Part shown: one piece after another, positions 27,991 to 38,128 of the stretch
Layout: the number at the start of each line of letters is the position of its first letter
How positions within the stretch are numbered: the first letter of the stretch is position 1
From: an uncultured Clostridium sp.
GTDB taxonomy: Bacteria > Bacillota > Clostridia > TANB77 > CAG-508
Assembly: GCA_947088765.1 (NCBI GenBank)
Contig: CAMUHU010000001.1
Coordinates: 1-57,301 of the forward strand
Length of the DNA: 57,301 bases
Direction of reading: 5' to 3'
The notes under the pieces: generated by a model
Databases searched by the model: none
Told to the model about the DNA's origin: nothing
The model's input: the letters and a program-made list of their open reading frames with translations, nothing else
Made by a program: the position numbers and the translations under genes

Positions 27991-28125
27991 TTGACAAATA
28001 TAAATTGTTCTTCTAATTGTGTCTATCAAAAAAATGGTAAATGCTGCTTTGAAAATGTATCTACTCAAAAAATCACTCCCAATTTAAATTGTGCTTACTT
28101 TTTCGAGCAAAATACAAAAAAATAG
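27991..28125 (+). CDS. small Cys-rich protein (TTG start)
   Basis: 44-aa ORF (M)TNINCSSNCVYQKNGKCCFENVSTQKITPNLNCAYFFEQNTKK with RBS GAGGTGA, followed by a bidirectional terminator. Confidence 0.4.
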   Translation: MTNINCSSNCVYQKNGKCCFENVSTQKITPNLNCAYFFEQNTKK

Positions 28126-28152
28126 GATCCATCTTCTGAATCCTATTTTTTC
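28114..28152. terminator. bidirectional terminator between convergent genes
   Basis: AATAGGAT / ATCCTATT stem flanked by an A-run and a T-run. Confidence 0.7.
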
Positions 28153-28157
28153 ACATT

Positions 28158-29417
28158 TTATTCTTCGACAGCAGGTTGTTTTGGAGTTTTTTCTTTCTCT
28201 TTTTTAGCTATTATATTTCTTATTATTAATCCTATTCCTGTTGTAAGTATAATAAAGTTACATAGTCCACCGATATATGGTAATTTTTGTAATATCCATA
28301 CACATAGTGCTATTAACATTAGTAAACATATTTCTAATACTTTATTATTTTTAGCTACTTCTATCTTATCTTTTAATATTCCTGTTATTGAAATTGAAAA
28401 TATTGCTGAACTAATATATATAATTATAGTCATCATTAACCATGCAATTATACTTATTGGCATTCCTATTGATGTAAATAGTAACATTATAGATATTATA
28501 AATGCTATAAATATTACTGCCCAAGTTACTAATCCAACTACAAATGCTATTATAGATTTTTCTTTTAAGTCTTTTGTAATAGCTTCTGTAAATCTTGGTG
28601 ATAATAATTTTAGTACGAAATATATTACAAGTGCATATATAATTGAAGTAACTGCACTAAATGCATAATCTTTTATTTTTTCAGCAAATGTAATTTCTAC
28701 AGAGGTCTCTTCTTCTAATTTAAAGTTTATTTCACCATATGTTACAACATCTTTTAAACCTTCTATTTCTTTTCCACTTGTATAATTGAAATCTCCTCCT
28801 AATAATACTGATGTTTTTTCATCTTTTACATCAATATTATGTGCTGTTAAGTATATATCTCTATAAACTGTTCCTCTTAATTTTACATCTGTTGCAACTA
28901 TTTTAATATCTCTACTAATATATGCTTTTTCCATTAGTTCAAATTTTTCAGATGCACTGTATATATCATATATTGTACCATTTACTTTTACTTCTTGTGC
29001 AAATACATATAATGAGTCTTCTACATATGCTCTATCCGAAAATTCAACTGTTCCATTTGCAAAAATGAATACTGAACCTTTTACTTCTCCTGTAAATTTT
29101 ACATCTCCATTTACAATAATATATGCATTTCCATCAATTAGTTTATCCATCTCATAGTCTGTATCTTCAAATACATATAAATCCGAATATGTTATATCAT
29201 AATTTGGTAAATTATTTGTTCCTGAATCACTATCACCTTCTGGAATGAGCTCAGATATTGGCATTGTTCCATCTTCTTCTGGTGCAGGTTCAGATATTGG
29301 CATTATCCCTTCTTCTGTTGATGTTCTAGGTTGAATTTCTTTTGCAAAACAAAATGTACCTAATGTAGATACTAAAAGTATTAAAGTCATTAATACTACG
29401 CTAATTTTCTTTCTCAT
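28158..29417 (-). CDS. membrane protein with bactofilin-like beta-rich domain
   Basis: 419 aa with a signal/TM segment, a duplicated E(E/D)G(I/T)MPISE(P/L) motif, a repetitive beta-strand region and 5-6 C-terminal TM helices. Confidence 0.55.
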   Translation of the reverse strand: MRKKISVVLMTLILLVSTLGTFCFAKEIQPRTSTEEGIMPISEPAPEEDGTMPISELIPEGDSDSGTNNLPNYDITYSDLYVFEDTDYEMDKLIDGNAYIIVNGDVKFTGEVKGSVFIFANGTVEFSDRAYVEDSLYVFAQEVKVNGTIYDIYSASEKFELMEKAYISRDIKIVATDVKLRGTVYRDIYLTAHNIDVKDEKTSVLLGGDFNYTSGKEIEGLKDVVTYGEINFKLEEETSVEITFAEKIKDYAFSAVTSIIYALVIYFVLKLLSPRFTEAITKDLKEKSIIAFVVGLVTWAVIFIAFIISIMLLFTSIGMPISIIAWLMMTIIIYISSAIFSISITGILKDKIEVAKNNKVLEICLLMLIALCVWILQKLPYIGGLCNFIILTTGIGLIIRNIIAKKEKEKTPKQPAVEE

Positions 29418-29502
29418 TTAATTCTCTCCTTTTTATATTCTTCTCTTGTCTTAAAACTTGATAAAAATATATTATCATAATGTTAACCTTTTTGCAAGTT
29501 TT

Positions 29503-30324
29503 TTATAAAATATATTTTTTTAAAAAGTCTGCTACTCCCTCTTCTTCATTTGATAATGTAATATAGTCAGCAATTTTTTTTAATTCTTCATCTGCATTTT
29601 TCATTGCTACTGTGTTTCCACAGCTTTCAAACATTGTTATATCATTAATTCTATCTCCAAAACATATAGTTTCTTCTTTTTTTATATTCATTGATTTTAA
29701 GAATTTATTTATTGCTGTTCCTTTATCTACAAATTTGTTGTTTATAAATATGTAATATGGTTCTTTAGAGTTCACTTCTTTTTTTATATAGTCTTTACTA
29801 TAATTGGCTATTTTTAGATTTTCTTTTAATGCTATATATCCTTCACATTCTTTCATATCATAATAGTTATTACTATTAATTATTATTTGAAAGATATCTA
29901 CATTTTTTATTTCTTTTATATTTCTTATTATAGTTCTATTTGTATACATATTACTACAAAATATATTATTTCCAATTTGTTCTTTTTCTATGTTTAATAC
30001 TAATTCTAAGTTGTGTTTATTACAATACTCCCAAAGTTCCTCTATTTCACTATATCCTATACTATTTTTATAGAAATTAGTATTGGTTTTACAATTATAT
30101 ATTTGTGCTCCATTTGATGAAATAGTATAATCTGAGGCACGTACATCTTTGCTATATTTACATACATCCCTATTGCTTCTTCCTGAACATAATATAACAT
30201 AAATGCCTTTATCTTTTATAGCTTTAATTGGAATTTTTGTTGCTTCTGTTATTTGTTTAGTACTATTTGTGAGTGTTCCATCAACATCTAAAAATACAGC
30301 TTTAATATTTTTTAAATTTCCCAT
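29503..30324 (-). CDS. Cof-type HAD-IIB family hydrolase
   Basis: 273 aa with FLDVDGTL motif I and a C-terminal GDRINDITM motif. Confidence 0.8.
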   Translation of the reverse strand: MGNLKNIKAVFLDVDGTLTNSTKQITEATKIPIKAIKDKGIYVILCSGRSNRDVCKYSKDVRASDYTISSNGAQIYNCKTNTNFYKNSIGYSEIEELWEYCNKHNLELVLNIEKEQIGNNIFCSNMYTNRTIIRNIKEIKNVDIFQIIINSNNYYDMKECEGYIALKENLKIANYSKDYIKKEVNSKEPYYIFINNKFVDKGTAINKFLKSMNIKKEETICFGDRINDITMFESCGNTVAMKNADEELKKIADYITLSNEEEGVADFLKKYIL

Positions 30325-30397
30325 ATTTTCTGGTCTCCCATTTTATAACATCTCTAATTATTTTAACATATTTTTAGACATCTTGTAAATCATTATT

Positions 30398-31273
30398 TTA
30401 TAAAATCACATCTCTTTTTAATTTATTGTTTTGTATTATTCCTATTCCTATAAATTTTTCTTTTTCATCATATATCCTATATGTTCCATCTTTATGGTTA
30501 GAGTTTATTTTTACCCCATTTAAAAATACATCTAATTGCTTTTTATTTATTGATATTTTTTCTTTTTTTTCTAATACTTTTTCTATACTTATTATTTTCT
30601 CTTTTAAAAATTTCACATCATTTTTATTGTTTTTTAATTCTTGTATTTTTATGGATTCATTTATATTGAATTCTCCAACTTGAATTCGATTAAGTTCTTT
30701 CATATATCCAATTGTTCCCAATTTTTTAGCTATATCTTCACATAAAGTTCTTATATATGTACCTTTTGAACATTCAATTCTAATTTCTATTTGGTTATTC
30801 TGAATATCAATTTTATTTAATTCTAAATTATAAATTTCTATGTTCCTTACCGGAACTTCTATCTTCTCACCTTTTCTTGCATAATCATATAATTTTTTTC
30901 CGTTTACTTTTATCGCTGAATACATTGGTGGTATTTGAGTTTGCTTACCTTTAAATGATTTAAGAGTTTTATTTATATTTTCTTCTAATAATATATTTTT
31001 ATTTATTTTACTAGTTTCTAAAACTTTACCTTCTCCATCAGCAGTGTCTGTTTTTATTCCTAATTGCAAAGTAGCCTCATATATTTTATCATGATTTACT
31101 AGGTATTTGGATATTTTAGTTCCTTTTCCTATTAAAATGGGTAATACCCCTGTTGCATTAGGGTCTAATGTTCCTGTATGTCCTACCTTTTCATTTAATG
31201 TATGTTTTACTATTTGAACTACATCGTTTGAGGTATATTCTTTTTCTTTATTTATTATTATTATTCCATCCAT
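30398..31273 (-). CDS. truB: tRNA pseudouridine(55) synthase
   Basis: 291 aa with the GHTGTLDPNATGVLPI catalytic Asp motif. Confidence 0.9.
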   Translation of the reverse strand: MDGIIIINKEKEYTSNDVVQIVKHTLNEKVGHTGTLDPNATGVLPILIGKGTKISKYLVNHDKIYEATLQLGIKTDTADGEGKVLETSKINKNILLEENINKTLKSFKGKQTQIPPMYSAIKVNGKKLYDYARKGEKIEVPVRNIEIYNLELNKIDIQNNQIEIRIECSKGTYIRTLCEDIAKKLGTIGYMKELNRIQVGEFNINESIKIQELKNNKNDVKFLKEKIISIEKVLEKKEKISINKKQLDVFLNGVKINSNHKDGTYRIYDEKEKFIGIGIIQNNKLKRDVIL

Positions 31274-31288
31274 GTTTTTTCCTTAATA

Positions 31289-32242
31289 CTATTCTAGATA
31301 TGTTTTTACACGACTGATCATCTTTTCTTTGGCTTCTTCTAAAGTCATATTCATTGTACATCCTGCTGCTTTTTCATGTCCTCCACCTGCAAACATTATA
31401 CATATATCTGATACATTTACATAGTCTTTTGAACGAAGTGATGCCTTATATTCTCCTTCTTCTATTTCTCTTAAAAATATTGAAACTTCAACTCCTTCAA
31501 CATCTCTACCAAATTCTACTAATCCTTCATGGTCTCCTTCTTCTGCATTAACTTCTTCTATGTCTTGTTTTGTTATATATGTGAATGTTATTTTTCCATC
31601 TTCTAAAAATTCCATTCTGTCTATTACCTTTTTTGTAAGTAAAAAGTTTGCTTTACTTTTTGTTTGTAATACTCTTTTATATGTATCAGATACTTTTACA
31701 CCTTTTCTTAATAATTCAGCTACAAATTCAAAGGTTTCGGTTGTTACTCCATCATATTTAAATCCACCAGTATCTGTTATTATTCCTGTTAATATGCATG
31801 TTCCAATTTCTTTGTCTATTTCTATTCCCAATTTTCTTAATACTATTATTAAGATTTGGGCACATGCTGGTGCAACAGGATCTACATAGTTGAAATCTGC
31901 AAACATTTTGTTGCTTCCATGATGGTCTATACATATTGTTGTTTTTGCTTCTTCAAAATATGGCTCATACCCTTTTAATCTCTTTGTGTCTGTACAGTCT
32001 AACGCTATTGCTAAATCATATTTTATGTCTCTTCCTTCTGTTTTTATTTCATTTGCACTTGGTAAAAAGTTAAATACTCTAGAATGCGTTGGCATAACTA
32101 TGTCTACGTCTTTTCCTATACTTTTTAAGGCTAAGTACATTGCTAGACTGCTTCCGATTGCATCTCCATCTGGTGTCTCATGGGTTTCTATTAATATAGT
32201 ATTTGCATTTTCGATTTCTCTCTTTATGTCATCTAATGTCAT
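31289..32242 (-). CDS. nrnA: DHH family phosphoesterase (NrnA-like)
   Basis: 317 aa with DHH motifs (HETPDGDAIGS, DHH, GGGH) and a DHHA1 C-terminus. Confidence 0.8.
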   Translation of the reverse strand: MTLDDIKREIENANTILIETHETPDGDAIGSSLAMYLALKSIGKDVDIVMPTHSRVFNFLPSANEIKTEGRDIKYDLAIALDCTDTKRLKGYEPYFEEAKTTICIDHHGSNKMFADFNYVDPVAPACAQILIIVLRKLGIEIDKEIGTCILTGIITDTGGFKYDGVTTETFEFVAELLRKGVKVSDTYKRVLQTKSKANFLLTKKVIDRMEFLEDGKITFTYITKQDIEEVNAEEGDHEGLVEFGRDVEGVEVSIFLREIEEGEYKASLRSKDYVNVSDICIMFAGGGHEKAAGCTMNMTLEEAKEKMISRVKTYLE

Positions 32243-32270
32243 TGTTATTCTCCTTTTATATGATATTTAG

Positions 32271-32290
32271 AAGGGGCATTTGCCCCTATA
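32271..32290 (-). repeat. REP-like hairpin, ATAG variant
   Basis: Plus strand AAGGGGCAtttGCCCCTATA, 1 nt after the rbfA stop. Confidence 0.55.
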
Positions 32291-32291
32291 T

Positions 32292-32663
32292 TTATTCATC
32301 TTTGTTTTTAGGTTTCTCGGGTAATATTTCTTTTAAAATTTTGTCAATTCTTTCTCCATATTCTATTGAATCATCTAATACAAATATTATTTCTGGTGTT
32401 ATTCTTAGGTTTATCCTTTTAGCAACTTCTGTTCTGACAAATCCTGATGATTTTTTTAGTGCTGATAAAGTTTCTTTTGTGTCTTTTGAGTTTAATATGC
32501 TAACATATATTTGCGCATATTTTAAGTCTGGCGTAATTTTTGCTTTTGTTACACTTATTAGCCCTGTTATGTTAGGGTTTTTTAGGTCATATGATATTAT
32601 ATTGCTTATTTCTTTTTTTAATTCCTCATCTATACGACCTAGTCTATTTGAATTTTTATTCAT
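32292..32663 (-). CDS. rbfA: ribosome-binding factor A
   Basis: 123 aa, RbfA pattern (RLGRIDEELKKEISNII...LRITPEIIF), downstream of infB. Confidence 0.9.
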   Translation of the reverse strand: MNKNSNRLGRIDEELKKEISNIISYDLKNPNITGLISVTKAKITPDLKYAQIYVSILNSKDTKETLSALKKSSGFVRTEVAKRINLRITPEIIFVLDDSIEYGERIDKILKEILPEKPKNKDE

Positions 32664-32727
32664 GTTTGTTTCCTTTCATTATAGTTAAATTTTATTATAT
32701 TTTGTAAATATAGACGCATCTATACTA

Positions 32728-32900
32728 CATTCATAATTAATAAATTTGAGAAATTATTTGAGTGAAATTGAGGTTAGAAAATGTTATAATTTCAATTATA
32801 GGGAATCTCGAGCCTGTCGAGAGGGCGCTGTAATTGAAATTATTACATTCTCTCCGAAATTGAGAGGGATAGAATTTCGAGAATTTATTAATTATGAATG
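32728..32900. repeat. 173-bp compound palindrome in the infB-rbfA spacer
   Basis: Perfect 19-bp inverted ends CATTCATAATTAATAAATT / AATTTATTAATTATGAATG. The inner stem is ATAATTTCAATTA / TAATTGAAATTAT around CTCGAgcctgTCGAG. Direct GAAATTGAG(A)GG repeats occur on both arms. Confidence 0.8.
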
Positions 32901-32914
32901 TATTGACCTCTTGA

Positions 32915-32942
32915 GGCGGACGCCCAAAGTGCGCCCCTACAT
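32915..32942 (-). repeat. REP-like hairpin (GACGCC subfamily)
   Basis: Plus strand GGCGGACGCCCAAAGTGCGCCCCTACAT, 9 nt after the infB stop. Confidence 0.75.
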
Positions 32943-32951
32943 TTCATTCGC

Positions 32952-35945
32952 TTATTTACCAAGACTCTTTTTGGTTTCTTCCATTTTGAAAATTTCTAAT
33001 GTATCTCCTTCTATAATATCATTATATTTTTCTATTTGTAGTCCGCATTCATATCCTTCTGTTACTTCTTTTACGTCGTCTTTGAATCTTTTTAGCGATT
33101 CTAGTTTTCCTTCATGTATTACTACATTGTCTCTTATTACTCTTACTCCTGCATGACGTTCTATTTTTCCACTTGTTACATAACATCCTGCAATTGAGCC
33201 TAATGAGCTTACTTTGAATATTTGACGAATTTCTGCATTTCCTATTACTTTTTCTTCGAATTTTGGATCTAACATTCCTGTCATGGCATCTTTTACATCT
33301 TCAATTGCATTGTATATTACTGAATATGTCTTTATTTCAATTTCTTCTTTTTCTGCTGCTATTTTTGCTAGTGGCTCTGGTCTTACATTAAATGCTATGA
33401 TAATTGCATGTGCAACTTTTGCTAAGGTTATATCTGATTCTGTTACTCCACCAACGTTTGCATGTATTACTTTTACTTTTACTTCTTCATTAGATAACTT
33501 TTCTAAACTTGATTGTACTGCTTCTACTGAACCTTGTAAGTCTGCTTTTACTATTAAGTTTAATTCTTTTAGCTTTCCTTTTTCAATTTGGCTAAATAAG
33601 TCGTTTAATGATAATTTTGAAATTGAATTTATTGATTTTTCTCTCGCTTGACGTTTTCTCTTTTCTATTAAGTGTTTTGCTGTTTTTTCATCATCTACTT
33701 CATAGAAAATTTCTCCTGCCTCTGGTACCTCTGTTAATCCTAAAACTTCTACTGGTGTTGATGGTCCAGCTTTCTTTACTTTCTTTCCATATTCATTTGT
33801 CATTGCTTTAATTTTACCAATTACAGAACCAACTACTATCATGTCACCCGTATCTAATGTACCACGTTGTACAAGCATTGTTGCAAGTGGTCCTCTAGTT
33901 TTGTCTAGTCTTGCTTCTATTACAGTACCTTTAGATTGTTTATTAGGGTTTGCTTTTAATTCTTGCATATCTGCTACTAATAATACCATTTCTAGTAATC
34001 CATCTATGTTTATTCTTTTCTTTGCTGAAATTTCAACAAATACTGTGTTTCCTCCCCATTCTTCTGGTACTAACTCATATTTCATTAATTCTTCTTTTAC
34101 TTTTTGTGGATTAGCACCTTCTACATCAATTTTATTAATTGCAACTATTATAGGAATTCCTGCTGATTTTGCGTGGTTTATGGCTTCAACAGTTTGAGGC
34201 ATTACTCCATCATTTGCTGCAACTACTAATATTGCAATATCTGTTACTTGTGCTCCTCTTGCTCTCATTCCAGTAAATGCTTCATGTCCTGGCGTGTCTA
34301 AAAATGTTATTTCTCTACCATTAACCATTACTTTATAAGCACCTATTTTTTGGGTAATTCCACCTGCTTCTCCTTCTATTACATTAGTTTGTCTAATAGC
34401 GTCTAGAAGTGATGTTTTACCATGGTCTACATGACCCATAACTACTATAACTGGTGGACGTGTTATCATTTCTTCTGGTTTATCTTCTGTATCATCAAAT
34501 AGTATTTCCTCATCTGTTATTATTTCTTTTTTCTTTGCTGTTATTCCAAATTCTCCTGCTATTAAGAATGCTGTATCAAAATCAATATCATTATTTATTG
34601 TTGCCATTATTCCATAATTTAATAATTTTTTTATAACGTCTCCTGATGTTTTTTTCATTTCTACTGCTAAATCTTTTACTGTAATTGATTCTGGTATTGT
34701 TATTTCTGTTAGCTCAAAGATTTTTTGTTTGTTTCTTTCTTCTTGATTACTGTTTTTCTTCTTGTTTTTCTTCTCTCTTCTCTTACTTAGATCGTAATAA
34801 TCTAGCATTCCGCCTTCTTGGTCATCAAACATGTTTGATAATCTATTTGTCTGTTTTAAATCTTTTAGTTTTCCACTATCAAAGTTTTCATTACCATTGA
34901 TTTTTCTTGATTTAGCATTCTTTTTAGCTTTTGTCTCATCTGTTTTAATTGTTTTTTGCTTGTTTTTATTATACTCTCTAGTAATTTCTTTTTCTCCAAA
35001 ATCTGTCTCCATGATATTTTTTATATTTTTTTCAATTCCTTTTTCATCAAGTGCTCTATTATTTCTAAATCCGTTATTATTATTGGTCCTATTATAATTA
35101 TTATTTCTATTGAAACCATTATTTTGATATCTATTTCCAGTATTGCTTCCATTTCTATCAAAATTTCTGCTATTGTTCCTGTTTCCATAGCTTTGATTGT
35201 TATTGTTTCGATCTTGGTAATTGTTATTTCTATTAAATCCATTACTTTGGTTTCTTCTATCATTGTTGTTTTTATCAAAGTTTCTATTGTTTCTGTTTGC
35301 ATAATTTCTACTATTATTTCTCTCAAAATTTTTCTCGTTGTTCATGTTTTTATGAATATTTTCAGTAGTCTTCTTTGTTACAATTTCTTTATGTTCTTCA
35401 GAAACTTTTGGGGGCTCTATTTCTTTCTTCTCTTCTTTAACTTCAGGTACTAATTTTATTTTTTCTGTTTTATCTACTTCTTTTTTTACTTCTTCTTGTG
35501 TAACTGTATCCACTTTTTTCTTTTTATTTAATCCAAAAAGTTCACTCACTGTCATAGGTTTTGTTGGTTTATTTCTATATACAATGTTGTAATTATTATT
35601 CTTTCTCTCTACAACTTTTCCAGCTTCTTTCTTAATTTTCTCAACAGTAACATTATCTTCTTTATTACTTTCCTCTTCTTCTGAAATTATTACTGCTCTC
35701 CTGATGATTACTGGTGCATTTTCATCTTGTTTCTTTTCTTGTGTATTTGTTTTTTTCTCTTTATTATCCATACTTTGACTTTTCATTTCCTTACTAAATT
35801 TATTTTTAATTTTTTTTACCATTTGCTCATCAATAGTGCTTAAATGGTTTTTAACATTTGCTCCTAATTCATTTGCTATTGATACAATCTCTTTACTTGC
35901 TACCCCTAATTGTTTTGCTAATTCATGTATTTTTATTTTATCCAT
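32952..35945 (-). CDS. infB: translation initiation factor IF-2
   Basis: Start set at [14 protein letters not shown] (ATG 35945, RBS GGGGGTGA). Asn/Arg-rich linker, then the GTPase domain ([24 protein letters not shown]). Confidence 0.95.
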   Translation of the reverse strand: MDKIKIHELAKQLGVASKEIVSIANELGANVKNHLSTIDEQMVKKIKNKFSKEMKSQSMDNKEKKTNTQEKKQDENAPVIIRRAVIISEEEESNKEDNVTVEKIKKEAGKVVERKNNNYNIVYRNKPTKPMTVSELFGLNKKKKVDTVTQEEVKKEVDKTEKIKLVPEVKEEKKEIEPPKVSEEHKEIVTKKTTENIHKNMNNEKNFERNNSRNYANRNNRNFDKNNNDRRNQSNGFNRNNNYQDRNNNNQSYGNRNNSRNFDRNGSNTGNRYQNNGFNRNNNYNRTNNNNGFRNNRALDEKGIEKNIKNIMETDFGEKEITREYNKNKQKTIKTDETKAKKNAKSRKINGNENFDSGKLKDLKQTNRLSNMFDDQEGGMLDYYDLSKRREKKNKKKNSNQEERNKQKIFELTEITIPESITVKDLAVEMKKTSGDVIKKLLNYGIMATINNDIDFDTAFLIAGEFGITAKKKEIITDEEILFDDTEDKPEEMITRPPVIVVMGHVDHGKTSLLDAIRQTNVIEGEAGGITQKIGAYKVMVNGREITFLDTPGHEAFTGMRARGAQVTDIAILVVAANDGVMPQTVEAINHAKSAGIPIIVAINKIDVEGANPQKVKEELMKYELVPEEWGGNTVFVEISAKKRINIDGLLEMVLLVADMQELKANPNKQSKGTVIEARLDKTRGPLATMLVQRGTLDTGDMIVVGSVIGKIKAMTNEYGKKVKKAGPSTPVEVLGLTEVPEAGEIFYEVDDEKTAKHLIEKRKRQAREKSINSISKLSLNDLFSQIEKGKLKELNLIVKADLQGSVEAVQSSLEKLSNEEVKVKVIHANVGGVTESDITLAKVAHAIIIAFNVRPEPLAKIAAEKEEIEIKTYSVIYNAIEDVKDAMTGMLDPKFEEKVIGNAEIRQIFKVSSLGSIAGCYVTSGKIERHAGVRVIRDNVVIHEGKLESLKRFKDDVKEVTEGYECGLQIEKYNDIIEGDTLEIFKMEETKKSLGK

Positions 35946-36291
35946 ATAGCAAATCACCCCCAAATTCTTTAATAAGCTTTTCAATTTCTTCTGATAAGCT
36001 CTTCGATTTTATTCCTATAATTGCTTTATTACTTTTTCCTATAGTTTGGCTTATTTCATCAATATCTCCAAATTCTAATATTGGTATATTGTTTTTGTCA
36101 CAAATGCCTTTGATATTTTTCTTAGTTCTTTCCGACGCATTTTCTGCAACAATTACTAATTTTACTCTATGCTTTCCTATCTCCTCAATTGTTGCATCAT
36201 TTCCGCAAACTATTTTTCCTGCTTTAGCAGATATTCCAAGCATACCTAGTACTTTTCTCTTCTGGTATGCCCCCTTGGCTTTTATATTCAA
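35938..36291 (-). CDS. L7Ae/YlxQ family RNA-binding protein
   Basis: 117 aa, TTG start with RBS AAGGGGGA, lying between nusA and infB as ylxQ does in Bacillus. Confidence 0.7.
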   Translation of the reverse strand: MNIKAKGAYQKRKVLGMLGISAKAGKIVCGNDATIEEIGKHRVKLVIVAENASERTKKNIKGICDKNNIPILEFGDIDEISQTIGKSNKAIIGIKSKSLSEEIEKLIKEFGGDLLYG

Positions 36292-36311
36292 AGATTTTCC
36301 CCCTTGAGATT

Positions 36312-37418
36312 CTATTCTTCTTCACTTTGTTCTTCATTTTCTTCATCTTCTTGCATATTTGCTAGCATTTCTCTAAATTGTGTTTCTGATTTTATATCTA
36401 TTTTCCACCCTGTAAGTCTTGCCGCTAGTCTAGCGTTTTGACCAGTTTTTCCTATTGCAAGTGATAATTGGTCATCTTTTACTATTACTCTTGCTTGTTT
36501 TTCTTCTTCTTGAATATCAACTGCCATTACTTGTGCTGGTAATAGAGCTGATGCTATAAATATTGATGGGTCTTCATTCCATTCAATAACATCTATTTTT
36601 TCTCCTGCTAATTCATTTATTATATTTTGAATTCTTACACCTTTTTGTCCAACACATGAACCAACTGGATCTATATTTTCATCTGCTGATGCTACTGCTA
36701 CTTTACACCTATTTCCTGGGTCTCTGGCTACACTTTTTACCTCTATTAATCCTTCGTATATTTCTGGTATTTCTAATTGGAATAATTTTTTTACAAAATC
36801 TCCTGACGCTCTTGATATTATAACTTGTGGATTTCCTTTGTTTCCTCTTACTACATCTACTACATATCCTTTTATTTTATCATTTACACTATAACTTTCT
36901 GTTGGTATTTGCTCTTTTTTAGGCATAATTCCTTCGAGTTTTCCTAAGTCAACTATTATTACTCCTGTATCTGCTTTTTGCACTATTCCTGATAGAATTT
37001 CTCCTTTTCTTTCATTAAATTCTCCAAATACTAGGTTTCTTTCTGCTTCTCTCAATTTCTGAATGATAACTTGTTTTGCTGTTTGTGCTGCTATTCTTCC
37101 AAAGTTTTTTGGAATTATCTCTATATCTACTGTTTCTCCTTCTAGAACTGCTGGATTAATTTTTTGTGCTTCTTTCATAGAAATTTGCAATATTGGATCT
37201 TCCATATCTTTTACTACTTCTTTTACTGAATATATATGTGTTTCTCCTGTTATTTCATCTAATGTTACTTTAACATTGTCACTTGAATCATAGTTTCTTT
37301 TATATGCTGTAACTAATGCTGTTTCAATGGATTCTAATAAGTATTTTTTTTCTATTCCTTTCTCTTTTTCTAATAAAATTAATGCTTGTTCTAGTTCTTT
37401 ATTATCTATAGCTTTCAT
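36312..37418 (-). CDS. nusA: transcription termination/antitermination factor NusA
   Basis: 368 aa with the NusA N-terminal domain, an S1 domain and two KH domains. Confidence 0.95.
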   Translation of the reverse strand: MKAIDNKELEQALILLEKEKGIEKKYLLESIETALVTAYKRNYDSSDNVKVTLDEITGETHIYSVKEVVKDMEDPILQISMKEAQKINPAVLEGETVDIEIIPKNFGRIAAQTAKQVIIQKLREAERNLVFGEFNERKGEILSGIVQKADTGVIIVDLGKLEGIMPKKEQIPTESYSVNDKIKGYVVDVVRGNKGNPQVIISRASGDFVKKLFQLEIPEIYEGLIEVKSVARDPGNRCKVAVASADENIDPVGSCVGQKGVRIQNIINELAGEKIDVIEWNEDPSIFIASALLPAQVMAVDIQEEEKQARVIVKDDQLSLAIGKTGQNARLAARLTGWKIDIKSETQFREMLANMQEDEENEEQSEEE

Positions 37419-37440
37419 TTCTTAATCATTCCTTTCTTTA

Positions 37441-37894
37441 TTACCATTCAAATTTGAGCTTTATTAAAGATATATTTTTTCTTTCTATCTCTACTATTTC
37501 TTCTTGTTGTAAGTAAATTTTATTATCATCATATTTATTTAATATTCCTTCTATTTGCTTTTGATTGTTTATTGGCTTAAATAAATTTATTGTAATTTTT
37601 TTGCCTATATTTTCCTCTAAATGTCTTTCTTTTCTTAAAACTCTTTCAACTCCTGGAGATGAGATTTCTAAAAAATATTGCTCTTTTATATAGTCTGCTT
37701 TGTCTAAAATATCATTTATACCATTATTAACTTTTTCACAGTCATTTAAATCTATTCCGTTTTTCACTGTCTATGAATATTCTTAAGAAATAATCTTTCC
37801 CTTCTTTAGAATACTCTACATCATATAATTCATATCCAAGTTCTTTAATCTTAGGAAAAATGAGAGTTTCAACTTTTTCTTCAATATTTGCCAA
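37441..37894 (-). pseudogene. rimP: ribosome maturation factor RimP interrupted by a +1 frameshift at CGG
   Basis: TTG start at 37894 behind an AAAGGAGG RBS. The frame reads ...RIFIDSE AAA CGG AAT AGA TTT AAA TGA. Skipping the C (complement of 37759) continues GIDLNDCEKVNN...SSPGVERVL to 37441. Confidence 0.85.
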
Positions 37895-37984
37895 TATATA
37901 ATCCTCCTTTGAATAAAATAGCACTATTTTATATGTCTTACGGATTTCTCAAAATGCTACTACTTCCTTTTACTTTTATATTCA

Positions 37985-38016
37985 TAATCAAAGGGTGGAA
38001 TTTGCTTCCACCCTTT
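37985..38016 (-). terminator. terminator upstream of the rimP operon
   Basis: AAAGGGTGGAAtttgcTTCCACCCTTT. Confidence 0.75.
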
Positions 38017-38098
38017 CTGTATTCTCATTTTGTATGAAATTATTATACTATCTATTTCCGTAGTTGTCAATAGTTTTGAGAATAATTTTTTAACCAAA

Positions 38099-38125
38099 CG
38101 GACGCCCAAAGGGCGCCCCTACAAC
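38099..38125 (-). repeat. REP-like hairpin (GACGCC subfamily)
   Basis: Plus strand CGGACGCCCaaaGGGCGCCCCTACAAC, 3 nt after the oxidoreductase stop. A canonical terminator lies about 85 nt further downstream. Confidence 0.8.
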
Positions 38126-38128
38126 ATT

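Noticed and set aside
32746-33156. 136-aa plus-strand ORF spanning the infB-rbfA spacer and the infB 3' end
   Set aside because: It crosses the compound palindrome and a REP-like hairpin and then runs antisense to infB. It has no RBS.
35021-35326. 101-aa same-strand ORF inside infB
   Set aside because: It is an alternative frame of the Asn/Arg-rich low-complexity linker of IF-2. It has an ATG but no RBS, and its repetitive E/I/T composition is what that repeat would produce.
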